Under the pieces are notes generated by a model, which saw only the letters and a program-made list of their open reading frames with translations, searched no databases and was not told where the DNA came from. This document shows positions 29,082 through 37,974 of a DNA stretch of 64,000 nucleotides, piece by piece. The translations under genes were made by a program, and so were the position numbers. Source of the stretch: a virus (taxonomy: Duplodnaviria > Caudoviricetes). The stretch's first letter is position 1; every line of letters begins with the position of its first letter. Location: the IMG/VR virus record IMGVR_UViG_2541048004_000003, positions 1 to 64,000 of that record, one strand, 5' to 3'.

Positions 29082-29663
29082 CTACATAAGCATTGAGGGT
29101 AAAACAACTTCAAGGAGCATCATCAGAAACACGGCAACCAATGCACCAACAATAGCCCCCAAAAGAGTAAAAACGAAGCCCAAAATCTCTGGCATTCCGC
29201 ACCCTTTATAATCCACAAACTCCTTTATCAATCCTGCACATCCTCCAAGTAGAAGACCATACAAAGGAGAAACGAGAGAGCCTGCAAGCAATGCAATTAC
29301 AAGCCCAGCAAGAAAATGCTCCTGCTTGTCGGCTTGTTTGGTTGCTCTTGTCGTCGTTCTTATCGCTTCCGTGATACTTTCTACCACCAAACCAAAGAAA
29401 GCCCTACAACGAGCAGAAAAGGGGGCTTTGTTGAACACTCTTGTACCTGATACAAAAACGGGTGGTTGGGTCTTTCCCGAAAGCACACCCAACCACACCT
29501 TTCCGCCGAACAAGATGTTCAAACGCTCCTTAAATGTCGGCTCCCAGCACGACACACATTGATTGCCATCGCTCCAAACGTGAAGTGATGCACATTCTTT
29601 ATCCGTCATAGTAGACGGTCTTTGCAATACCTTGGTCGATTGCGGAAAATCTATTGGTTTCAT
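29082..29663 (-). CDS. Hypothetical protein with C-terminal multi-pass membrane domain
   Basis: Soluble N-half; DKQEHF..KEFVD hydrophobic C-half. Confidence 0.6.
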   Translation of the reverse strand: MKPIDFPQSTKVLQRPSTMTDKECASLHVWSDGNQCVSCWEPTFKERLNILFGGKVWLGVLSGKTQPPVFVSGTRVFNKAPFSARCRAFFGLVVESITEAIRTTTRATKQADKQEHFLAGLVIALLAGSLVSPLYGLLLGGCAGLIKEFVDYKGCGMPEILGFVFTLLGAIVGALVAVFLMMLLEVVLPSMLM

Positions 29664-29747
29664 ACCTAAAAACTCATATTGATGCTATACTTGCAAAAGT
29701 ACAAGATATATCACTATAAAAGATTTCAAGAAATAAAAAGATAGTCC

Positions 29748-30251
29748 TTACTTACCCAACTTAACACGAATAGGAAGTCCAGCAAACGCCCAAGCAAGTA
29801 GGGCAGCATCTCGCACGTCTTGGTTTGTTCTCCCCATTAGCCCCGTAAATGAAGCCAACTCTTCGTGTGTAATCTTTCCATCCTTGCCTTTCCAACCTTT
29901 CCGCAAAGGAGCGTGTTCCAAGACCTCAATACCAAGATGCTGGCACATCTCAACTATCTTCTTACCTGTCTCGTGATTGCGTCCCACATCATACCCCTTA
30001 GATGCTGCACGTTGCTTGCGTTCCCATTGTTGCAGATGCCAATTACCTTGTATTAGCCAGCTTGCTTCTATCACAACAATAAGCGTTTCTTGCATCTTGT
30101 CCCTAACATCCTTTGCGTGTTGTAGGTAATCAATTACTTGTGGAAATGTCAAGTTTGACACTTCTAATTGCCTTGTTGTTGGCTTCAAGAAAGCCACGCC
30201 CGAACGTGTTACGTCCGGGTCAATGGCTATAATGTTATCATATTTTCTCAT
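29748..30251 (-). CDS. RuvC-like Holliday junction resolvase
   Basis: IIAIDPD..SGVA, VIEAS, RDAALLA acidic motifs. Confidence 0.7.
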   Translation of the reverse strand: MRKYDNIIAIDPDVTRSGVAFLKPTTRQLEVSNLTFPQVIDYLQHAKDVRDKMQETLIVVIEASWLIQGNWHLQQWERKQRAASKGYDVGRNHETGKKIVEMCQHLGIEVLEHAPLRKGWKGKDGKITHEELASFTGLMGRTNQDVRDAALLAWAFAGLPIRVKLGK

Positions 30252-30443
30252 CTATCTTGCTTTGTTTTTCTTCATCTGTTTTGCTCGGATGTGCCGATTA
30301 TAAAACCTTTGATAGCAAATGTTGTATCGGTCATCACCACAACTTGCGGTGTGTTCGTACATACAACCCTCGCACACGTTGATACCTTTCTCTTTATACA
30401 CCTGCTCAATCATCAAGTGTATTTCCCTTGTCTCACAGTTCAT
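30252..30443 (-). CDS. Small hypothetical protein
   Basis: 63 aa with Cys cluster, abutting neighbours. Confidence 0.45.
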   Translation of the reverse strand: MNCETREIHLMIEQVYKEKGINVCEGCMYEHTASCGDDRYNICYQRFYNRHIRAKQMKKNKAR

Positions 30444-30453
30444 AGCATTAGTT

Positions 30454-30861
30454 TTAGAAAGGTAAATCGTCGGCTTGTGGCAAGGGTTGCTGTGCTTGTG
30501 GCGTTATTGCACCACTCACTTGCCCTGCATTCGCTGTATTCTCTCCCTTTACACCACAAAGCTGTACTTCTGATGCACTCACATTGATTGCGGCTTGTTG
30601 ATTGCCATTTCTGTCTGTGTACATCTTAACTTTGAGGTTTCCCCGAACAAAAACCTTTGACCCTCTTTTAAGGTAAGGAAGCAAGCCGCCCCCCTCTCCG
30701 AACCAAAGAACCGAACACCACGTTGTAAGGTCTGTTCTGTTACCTTGTTCGTCTTTCTGATATTCGGTGTGTGCAACACTGAAAGAAACGTATTTCTTTC
30801 CCCCGAACTCCTTTATTTCGGCATCGTTCCCGATGTTGCCAATAATCTCTACTTTCAACAT
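30454..30861 (-). CDS. ssb: Single-stranded DNA-binding protein
   Basis: IIGNIGND, GSKVFVRGNL, acidic DDLPF C-terminus. Confidence 0.93.
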   Translation of the reverse strand: MLKVEIIGNIGNDAEIKEFGGKKYVSFSVAHTEYQKDEQGNRTDLTTWCSVLWFGEGGGLLPYLKRGSKVFVRGNLKVKMYTDRNGNQQAAINVSASEVQLCGVKGENTANAGQVSGAITPQAQQPLPQADDLPF

Positions 30862-30914
30862 ACTTAATTATTACTTTTGAATTAAACTTGTAATGCAATT
30901 GCATTGCATTTGCA

Positions 30915-31472
30915 TCAATACTTTTTGCCGTGAAGTACTGGGCGTAATGCGTTATACTTCATCTTCTGTTCGATAAAGAACCATAAGTCGATATTCATAC
31001 TTTCAGCCCAATTGAAGACATAATCAAGACCGAACAAGATACGTCTTTCAATACTGATGTTTGAACGGCTCAACCCCTTTGTCAAAGCAAAGGCGTTTTC
31101 TGTGAATGTGAACTTGTCAAATGCTCGGTGATACTTACAAAGGTTCATCTTGTCGAAGTCTATACCCAACGCCCCAGCAAGGTCTGCAAGATGAATGGCA
31201 ATATCTGCCATTTCATCTTCAAGCGAACCCTTGATGTTTCGGAATATGATTACAAACCAATCATCACGAACAATACCTTGGAAAGCATTCTTCACACCCG
31301 TTTCAAACCCTATAAGGTTAGCACGTTCGTTTTTTCGGTCTGCTTCTATCACCTCCGCAATCTCTGTTATTACGAGCATCAAGCAATGTTCGTTACTTAA
31401 ACGTTCTTGCCAAAACCCCTTTTCTTTGGCGTTCTCGTGTGCCTTGTAGGCAAATTCGTTTCTTGTCATCAT
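30915..31472 (-). CDS. MazG-like nucleotide pyrophosphohydrolase
   Basis: AKEKGFW, ITEIAEVIEADR, EDEMADI, KMKYN..HGKKY. Confidence 0.8.
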   Translation of the reverse strand: MMTRNEFAYKAHENAKEKGFWQERLSNEHCLMLVITEIAEVIEADRKNERANLIGFETGVKNAFQGIVRDDWFVIIFRNIKGSLEDEMADIAIHLADLAGALGIDFDKMNLCKYHRAFDKFTFTENAFALTKGLSRSNISIERRILFGLDYVFNWAESMNIDLWFFIEQKMKYNALRPVLHGKKY

Positions 31473-32179
31473 AAATCAAATAGTAATTGTTCGTTTATAC
31501 TCATATTGCTTAGCTCTTCTTCTGCATCGAATAAGCGCGGTTGTGCCTGCTGATACAAGATTCTTTGCTTTGCCGCGTTGTAATACTCTGGGTCAAGCTC
31601 TATACCTGTCATTTCAAACCCCATACTATCAGCGGCAAGGCATATTGCCCCGCTTCCTAAATGCGTATCAAGGATTTTATCACCTCTCTTTGCATAGTTT
31701 TGAAGAAGCCAAGAATAAAGCTGTACGGGCTTTTCTGTTGGGTGTATTGTGTTTTGCTTTGCAAGCACCACACGATTGATAGTGATAAGGCGTGTTGGGC
31801 AATTGAACGAAGAATAAGCAAGTTCACAATCGGACATCGTAAGCCCGGTTTGCCCCTTAAACCACACAATCCATCCTTTTGTGCCTTTCGTCAAATGTTC
31901 AACGAAGTAGTTTGCACCCCAAATAATCTGATTGCGTGAAACTCGTTCAAGTTCTCTGAAATACTCCGCCGTCGGTGTACTATCGTCCCAGCCTTTGCGT
32001 GCGTGAAACTTTCGGTTGTGCTTTGGATTTTTGCAAACACAAGACTTTTGCCCGTCGATACCAAGCCCATAGGGTGGGTCGCAAATCGCAAGGTCAAACG
32101 CATTGTCCGGCAACTCCGAAAGAACACGCATACAATCAGCGTTGATAAGCTGAATCTTGCCTAATTGGTCAATAATCAT
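31469..32179 (-). CDS. DNA methyltransferase (N6-adenine/N4-cytosine)
   Basis: DPPY, HPTEKP, LDTHLGSG motifs. Confidence 0.92.
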   Translation of the reverse strand: MIIDQLGKIQLINADCMRVLSELPDNAFDLAICDPPYGLGIDGQKSCVCKNPKHNRKFHARKGWDDSTPTAEYFRELERVSRNQIIWGANYFVEHLTKGTKGWIVWFKGQTGLTMSDCELAYSSFNCPTRLITINRVVLAKQNTIHPTEKPVQLYSWLLQNYAKRGDKILDTHLGSGAICLAADSMGFEMTGIELDPEYYNAAKQRILYQQAQPRLFDAEEELSNMSINEQLLFDL

Positions 32180-32739
32180 ACACCTATAATTTTGTATATT
32201 TCCCTTGTTAGGTAGATGTCATAAAAAGCATCGTGCAACGCTTCATCATCAACATTGACACCCATAAACTTTGCAACTGTCGCCAACTTGAAGTTTTCCA
32301 TCTCGTGTCGTCGGCTTGCAAGGTGATGTGATGCAAGAACCATCACGTCTATTGAGTTTGACCAAAACCAAGAGCCGAAATAATTATCTCCGTTCTGTAA
32401 GAAGAATCCACGCAAGAACTGATTGTCAAACGAAGCGTTGTTGTAACCGACAAGAAAGAACTTGTCTTTCTTGTTGAACTTATCAACATACTTTCCAAGC
32501 ATTGCCACAAGCTCCTTATACACTTCACCCATTGAGGGATAAGCAAGCACTTGTTCACGTGTTACGCCCGCAACGGAAAGGGCTTGTTCTTCAATTACTG
32601 CTTTCGGGTTCGGTTGAACGTGAAAGTCAAAACGTTCTTTCTCGACACCATCAATCTCTATCATTCCGCTAATTTGATGAATACCGTTCTTTCCGGGATT
32701 TACACCGGTCGTTTCAAGGTCAAAAAATAGCAACTTCAT
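32176..32739 (-). CDS. DEDDh 3'-5' exonuclease
   Basis: FFDLETTG, GYNNASFD, HDAFYD. Confidence 0.9.
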   Translation of the reverse strand: MKLLFFDLETTGVNPGKNGIHQISGMIEIDGVEKERFDFHVQPNPKAVIEEQALSVAGVTREQVLAYPSMGEVYKELVAMLGKYVDKFNKKDKFFLVGYNNASFDNQFLRGFFLQNGDNYFGSWFWSNSIDVMVLASHHLASRRHEMENFKLATVAKFMGVNVDDEALHDAFYDIYLTREIYKIIGV

Positions 32740-32772
32740 TATCTTATTTGTTTTATAGTGATATACTCTTTG

Positions 32773-33846
32773 CTAAATTTTTGAAAGCCATTGTTCGTGA
32801 ATCTGACTTGCTATTTGAGCCATCATAATAGGGGGTACGGACATTCCGCAAACGTAATGTGAAGATTGACCTGCAAAATTGTAGTCTTGTGGGAAAGATG
32901 AAATGCAACACACTTCACTTTGACCCAAGAAGCGTGGTTGGTCAAACAACACAAGGCACGTTTCCTTGCTTGCGAGTGTAGGACAAATCTTGTCAAGATA
33001 GACGTAACTTTGATTAAAGTTGCTTCCTTTGCCGTACAAACGCATATTAGCATCACCTTGGTTTACATCTCCAAATTCCCGATGCTCCCAAAGTTTGCGA
33101 ACAACCTTTGATGTTACTTCACGACCCGAATAGTCCACGACTTCACCAAATGGAATCATCGGTTCGTTGAACTCCAAATGAAAGAACGGCAATTGCTCAA
33201 ACAAACTTGCTTGATACAAGAATGGTTCTGCAAGGTCTTTTCTTAAACAGATGAAGAACACACGTTCACGGCGTTGTGGCAACCCCATATCTTGACCGTC
33301 AAGCAACCAATGCTGACAATAATAGCCTGCATTGTCGAACGCTTCATAAATTCGACGGACGTAATCTTTTGCTTCACCGATAAGAAGACCTTTAACATTT
33401 TCTGCAACAACAACCTTTGGTTGTAATTTTTCTGCAAGGTCGATGAAGTCAAAGAATAGCGTATCAAGAACTTGTTCCGCTTGCCCCTCCCGGAAATGCT
33501 TCATCTTTCCCCACGCTTCCTCTCTACTTCCAGCCATTGAGAATGTAGAACAAGGCGGTGAACCATCTAAGATGTCAAGATTATAAAGTTCATCGGGCAA
33601 GTCCTCTCTTTTCTTGAACTCTTGTATCGGTTCAAGGAAAGGAAACCTTGGGTCGTGATTCTGACAATAAGTGTACATCATTCGGTGGTCAATCTCATTG
33701 CAACCGATAACGTCAAACCCTGCTAACTTGTAACCCATAGTGCTGCCCCCCCCGCACGCAAAGCAAGAAAAAACCTTGCCTTTGTCTTTTGAGAAGTTAG
33801 CGTCTGCCAGCGTCCAACGATAATTGTACTTGTGCTTTTTGTTCAT
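32773..33846 (-). CDS. DNA cytosine-5 methyltransferase
   Basis: FACGGG, GSPPCS, ENVKG, QRRERVF, GMSVPP motifs. Confidence 0.93.
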   Translation of the reverse strand: MNKKHKYNYRWTLADANFSKDKGKVFSCFACGGGSTMGYKLAGFDVIGCNEIDHRMMYTYCQNHDPRFPFLEPIQEFKKREDLPDELYNLDILDGSPPCSTFSMAGSREEAWGKMKHFREGQAEQVLDTLFFDFIDLAEKLQPKVVVAENVKGLLIGEAKDYVRRIYEAFDNAGYYCQHWLLDGQDMGLPQRRERVFFICLRKDLAEPFLYQASLFEQLPFFHLEFNEPMIPFGEVVDYSGREVTSKVVRKLWEHREFGDVNQGDANMRLYGKGSNFNQSYVYLDKICPTLASKETCLVLFDQPRFLGQSEVCCISSFPQDYNFAGQSSHYVCGMSVPPIMMAQIASQIHEQWLSKI

Positions 33847-34436
33847 TTGCTTGTTATATTCAATATATTATTTACTCGTTCTGCCATCACTCTGAAAAAT
33901 TCATTGTAACGTACTTCATCATTGTACTTATTCAAGAAGTGCAACATTGAAGAATGGTCGCGGTGAATGTATTTCGCAATGTCCACCAGCTTCATTTTTT
34001 CACGCCTGCAATGATAAACGAAAAGCATACGAGCAAAGAAGCCGTCACGCTTTCGGCTCTTTGTGTTGTACTGATTCAGTCGTAAGCCCGTAACCTCGTG
34101 TATTGCATTTTCAATCTTCAAGACAATACCTTGATTGCGTATGATGTTTGACGCAAACAATACAGTCTTGCCCGTCCGAATTGCAAAATCATATTCGACA
34201 CAAGCACCAACACTATCTTGCCAACCGTCCATCATATAGATGTAGTTGCATTCGTGCAATAATTCAATATCTCTGCACAAGTGCTTTATCCAATCATCGT
34301 CCACCGACAAGCCGTTATTCAAAGGGTTTACCGCCTGAATGCCTAAACTTTCCAAGAACTCTTCTGCTTCAAGAAACCTCTTCTTGACCTCCTCGAAGTC
34401 AAGACCACTTATTTTTCCACTGATGTACACTTTCAT
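33843..34436 (-). CDS. DUF4406-like (deoxyribosyltransferase-like) protein with C-terminal DnaA-C-like HTH
   Basis: VYISGKISG..F..AE..VNP..W..S.GA..E; C-terminal ARM..DIAKYIHRDHSSMLH. Confidence 0.7.
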   Translation of the reverse strand: MKVYISGKISGLDFEEVKKRFLEAEEFLESLGIQAVNPLNNGLSVDDDWIKHLCRDIELLHECNYIYMMDGWQDSVGACVEYDFAIRTGKTVLFASNIIRNQGIVLKIENAIHEVTGLRLNQYNTKSRKRDGFFARMLFVYHCRREKMKLVDIAKYIHRDHSSMLHFLNKYNDEVRYNEFFRVMAERVNNILNITSK

Positions 34437-35212
34437 TGCGTTTGCCCTTTCTGATGGTTGTACAAGAATCTATTCACGAAATAGATTTGACCCTTACCCG
34501 TTACCTTTGTCGTTGTTCGTACCTTTGTGTGGTCGCCTACGTTTATTGTAACCTTTCTTATCTCGAATAAGCCCATTTCAAGGGCTTTTTGTGTCGGTTG
34601 ATTATATCGTTCGCCCTGCTGGCATAGATAGCCGTTTGAACGCAACCAAATGAACAACCGCTTTTCGCCCATCTGTACGCCGTTCTGACATATCAACTTT
34701 GCGAGTTCCCCAATCAAGATGCTATCTTGTGATGTTTCGACGGCTTGTGAAAATAACACCCGTGGTCGCTCTTCCTCGATTTGCTTTTGTTGCTTTTCGA
34801 TTTGTTCAGCTTGTGTGGCTGCCAACCTCAATGCTTCTGCAAATGTTGTAGGTAGGTTCGGTTGTGATTGTTGTGCTACCTGCTTCACAACTTCTTCCAT
34901 CTTGTTGAATTGGTCAATGAATGCAACCTTGAATTGAAGTGCTTTTGCACCTGTCAAACCCATTGCGAGTAACGAAAAACCATCACGATTCATTACGAAC
35001 ATCGGTCTTTGCTTACCTTGTGCATCAAGATAGGTTGATTCATAGAACCAGCGTGCGTGGGCTGAATTTTCAGCCGACCCAAGCAAATTGCGAACCGCTT
35101 GTATGATATTCTTGTGTTGCTTACCAAACACCCCTGCCACTTTCAATGAATCTGTAACGGGTGTTCCTCGTTCGGTCTTATAGACCACGTTTCGTTCGAT
35201 TATACCGTTCAT
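34433..35212 (-). CDS. Rha/antirepressor (KilAC-type) protein
   Basis: SLKVAGVFGKQHKN and MNRDGFSLLAMG (Rha); LIGELAKL..TKVTGKGQIYF (KilAC). Confidence 0.9.
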   Translation of the reverse strand: MNGIIERNVVYKTERGTPVTDSLKVAGVFGKQHKNIIQAVRNLLGSAENSAHARWFYESTYLDAQGKQRPMFVMNRDGFSLLAMGLTGAKALQFKVAFIDQFNKMEEVVKQVAQQSQPNLPTTFAEALRLAATQAEQIEKQQKQIEEERPRVLFSQAVETSQDSILIGELAKLICQNGVQMGEKRLFIWLRSNGYLCQQGERYNQPTQKALEMGLFEIRKVTINVGDHTKVRTTTKVTGKGQIYFVNRFLYNHQKGQTQ

Positions 35213-35245
35213 TATTTTAAGCTCTATTAGTTAGTAATACGGTTA

Positions 35246-35983
35246 TCAAATACCCTTTCTCCTGTCTTTCCCCTTTATCTCGAAATAGTTGCACATTTCG
35301 ACAAGTCTTGACTGCACACGGTCGCCATACTTCTCTTTGAGAATTTCGCTTGAAATCCTTAAATTAGACGTTATCATTGTGAGTTCATCGGTTCTGTCGC
35401 CGCGATACTCTAAGAGTTGTTGTAAAACATTCAAGCGATTCCCCATATAAAGGGTTTCTTTCGGCTCTTGCCCGAAATCCTGAATACCGATAATAGACAT
35501 TTTCTTGAATCTTACAATTTCTCCCCTTTCGGAAAATTCTCCACAAATCTCATCGGCTCTGTTGATATTCCAAAACAAAGGACGTTGTGCATTGTCGTCA
35601 GAAAATTTGATTTGAAAACCCCAAGCACGAGCATAAGCAAGCATTACTTCAAGACACCAAGATTTACCCGACCCTGTGTTACCTGCTATGTAAATACCAC
35701 GCTTGATGTCGCCTTGTTGCTCTTCTCCTGTGATGGCATTTAATGCTTTCATCGTTGTATCTCCGTGACACCACTTGATGAAGTTTTCATAAGCAAATCG
35801 GTTTTCATCGTCTATCACAAACTTTGGGTTTCGGATTTTCCCTATCGCTTCAACGACTTTCAAGGCGTGTTCAACTTCGTAGTTATCGTAAACGTAACGG
35901 TCAAACCCCGAAAAATAGCCACGCTCCTGAATGAACTGCAAGACCTTTGAAATGTCTGGGTTATATGTCTTCTTTACTTCCAT
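35246..35983 (-). CDS. DnaC/IstB-like ATPase (helicase loader)
   Basis: GNTGSGKS, IQDFG, TSNL, DRVQSRL; follows the initiator gene. Confidence 0.8.
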   Translation of the reverse strand: MEVKKTYNPDISKVLQFIQERGYFSGFDRYVYDNYEVEHALKVVEAIGKIRNPKFVIDDENRFAYENFIKWCHGDTTMKALNAITGEEQQGDIKRGIYIAGNTGSGKSWCLEVMLAYARAWGFQIKFSDDNAQRPLFWNINRADEICGEFSERGEIVRFKKMSIIGIQDFGQEPKETLYMGNRLNVLQQLLEYRGDRTDELTMITSNLRISSEILKEKYGDRVQSRLVEMCNYFEIKGKDRRKGI

Positions 35984-36690
35984 TCGTCATTGATGTTATT
36001 GTTACTTGATACAGCTTGCTTGCCGTTATTTACCTTGTCGCTCTTGTGCCAATTTCTGACGGCTGCTTGCCAATCTTTCATTTTGTTTTTTCCGACCATC
36101 CAGCCTTTCGATGTGTAGAAGTCAATGAATCTTTCTGCATCAAAAAAGGCATAACCTTTTTCTTCAACATAAACCTTAACTTCTTCAAGTGTAGGTGGGC
36201 AAAACCGCTTGGCGGCTTTTGCTCCTATACTCTCTACTTCGATAGAAGTAGATTCTTTTATTTCCTTTTCTTTCCTTTCCTTTGGATATACATTGCATTG
36301 CTCTTGTTGTGCATTTGCATTGGAATTGCATTGCTCTTGTTGTGTTTCCTTTGATTTCCAGCGAGTTTCTGCCGCTTTCTTTCTTCTTTCTGAAATCTCC
36401 TTGCGACGATTCAAACGGGCAAGAACCGAACTTGACCAAAAGAAAGTGCCATCATTTTGAAACAAATCGAAGTCATTCACAACGCTTTCTACAACCTTGC
36501 AATCAATGTGCAATGCAAATGCAATGCTTTTGCACGCCTTAAAAGGAAGTTTACCACCTTGCTCGTATATCTGTTCGATAACACACCAAAAGACACCGAT
36601 ACCAGCCACTCCGTGTTCAATCAACACATCTTGCAACTTTGGGTCGTTGCGTGCGTTGTAGTCGTGTTGAAAGTAGAACGTATCTTTCAT
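35974..36690 (-). CDS. Phage replication initiator (DUF4373-like)
   Basis: YFQHDYNARNDPKL N-terminus; PPTLEEV..FIDFY..GW..KDWQAAVRNW C-terminus; internal DNA repeats. Confidence 0.8.
   Translation of the reverse strand: MKDTFYFQHDYNARNDPKLQDVLIEHGVAGIGVFWCVIEQIYEQGGKLPFKACKSIAFALHIDCKVVESVVNDFDLFQNDGTFFWSSSVLARLNRRKEISERRKKAAETRWKSKETQQEQCNSNANAQQEQCNVYPKERKEKEIKESTSIEVESIGAKAAKRFCPPTLEEVKVYVEEKGYAFFDAERFIDFYTSKGWMVGKNKMKDWQAAVRNWHKSDKVNNGKQAVSSNNNINDEWK
36293..36344. repeat. Iteron-like direct repeats (putative replication origin)
   Basis: TTGCATTGCTCTTGTTGTG at 36293-36311 and 36326-36344, inside the initiator gene. Confidence 0.65.
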
Positions 36691-36751
36691 TGCCTTGTGA
36701 TTTTAACCCCACCTTGACACGCTTTGGCACGAGTCAAGGCGGGGATTTGTA

Positions 36752-37492
36752 TTAAACTTCTATCAATGCGATGTTTGGTGCAACTTCCTTGATTGCTACA
36801 ATCTGTTCATCAATAACTTTGTTCCTGATGTCCTCCAAGGCTTGATTAGCTCCGGGCGAAAGAAGCAAGAAAGAAACTTCACGTCCGCTGATTTGCGCGA
36901 AAGTTTCAACCTCCAGCGTTTCGCTTTGCATACCCTTGAAGATAGGCATTGCCAAAGTGAATGATGCGGGCAAGTTTGAATTGACAACTTGTGTGAAGTT
37001 ATCTTTTCTATCGCCATTCTCCTTAACCGAGCGTTCAAGCGTGTTATTGACAGTCGCCGTGAAGTTCATAAGTGTTGTTACAAGCTCCATATTCGTCTTT
37101 CTGTCCGTGAAGAATGCACGGTTCATTTTGAAGAACATACCAAGTTCGGTTGGTGTCCACACCTTTCCGTTGTTGATGCCAAATTCAATGAACTTGGGGT
37201 TGAAGTCCAGCGTGCCAACAATACTGCCTGAATTGTAGTAATCATCTTCATTGATTACGAGCGACAAGGTTACGTTATCACGGTCAATCAAGATGTGTGA
37301 ACGCTCTTGCTCGAATTGCCCAGTACCAACACGCTTTTTCAAATACTCGAAAGGTGTTCCGATAACCCCTTTGATGTCTGTTTTAATGGGGGCTTTGGGG
37401 TCAAGTTCTTTAACCGCTCCGCCCTCTCTGATAATCAATTCTGCCTTGGTTACATTTTCACCAAAAACAACTTGCAATTTTTCTGATTCCAT
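36752..37492 (-). CDS. Hypothetical phage protein
   Basis: 246-aa ORF in the early operon. Confidence 0.7.
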   Translation of the reverse strand: MESEKLQVVFGENVTKAELIIREGGAVKELDPKAPIKTDIKGVIGTPFEYLKKRVGTGQFEQERSHILIDRDNVTLSLVINEDDYYNSGSIVGTLDFNPKFIEFGINNGKVWTPTELGMFFKMNRAFFTDRKTNMELVTTLMNFTATVNNTLERSVKENGDRKDNFTQVVNSNLPASFTLAMPIFKGMQSETLEVETFAQISGREVSFLLLSPGANQALEDIRNKVIDEQIVAIKEVAPNIALIEV

Positions 37493-37518
37493 TTTCTTTG
37501 GATTTTGAATGTTGAACT

Positions 37519-37950
37519 TTAATCGTTAGTACCTGTTTTGCGTGCCATCGCAAATATCGTAGGTTGCATTTCATCTGCTGTTGCTGGACGCTCTTCTATT
37601 AAGTCGCCATCTGCATTGTAGTAACCCGTTTGCTTGGCTTCTTGGTCGGTGAACTTGTAACAGATTTCACGCACATATTCAGCTTTCGACTTGATATTTG
37701 AAACCATTTGGCTTCTCGCTTCTTTAAGCGGTTTCAATCGTGCTTTATATTCCGCTTGAACCTGTTTCATTTCTGCTTCAATTTCGGCAATCTCAATTGA
37801 AGTATTGGCAAGTTCTTCTTTGTGTCCCTGCAATTGCTCCGGGGTATATGGCTTCATATAGCCTTTTTCCTCCACCGTGTCGCAATTGTCTTTCAAGAAT
37901 GCTTCACGTTGAACACGGTTTGCATACTCTTTACCAATTGTTCTTTCCAT
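37519..37950 (-). CDS. Hypothetical coiled-coil protein
   Basis: 143-aa ORF in the early operon. Confidence 0.7.
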   Translation of the reverse strand: MERTIGKEYANRVQREAFLKDNCDTVEEKGYMKPYTPEQLQGHKEELANTSIEIAEIEAEMKQVQAEYKARLKPLKEARSQMVSNIKSKAEYVREICYKFTDQEAKQTGYYNADGDLIEERPATADEMQPTIFAMARKTGTND

Positions 37951-37974
37951 ATCGTTTTGTTTTATAGTGATACA

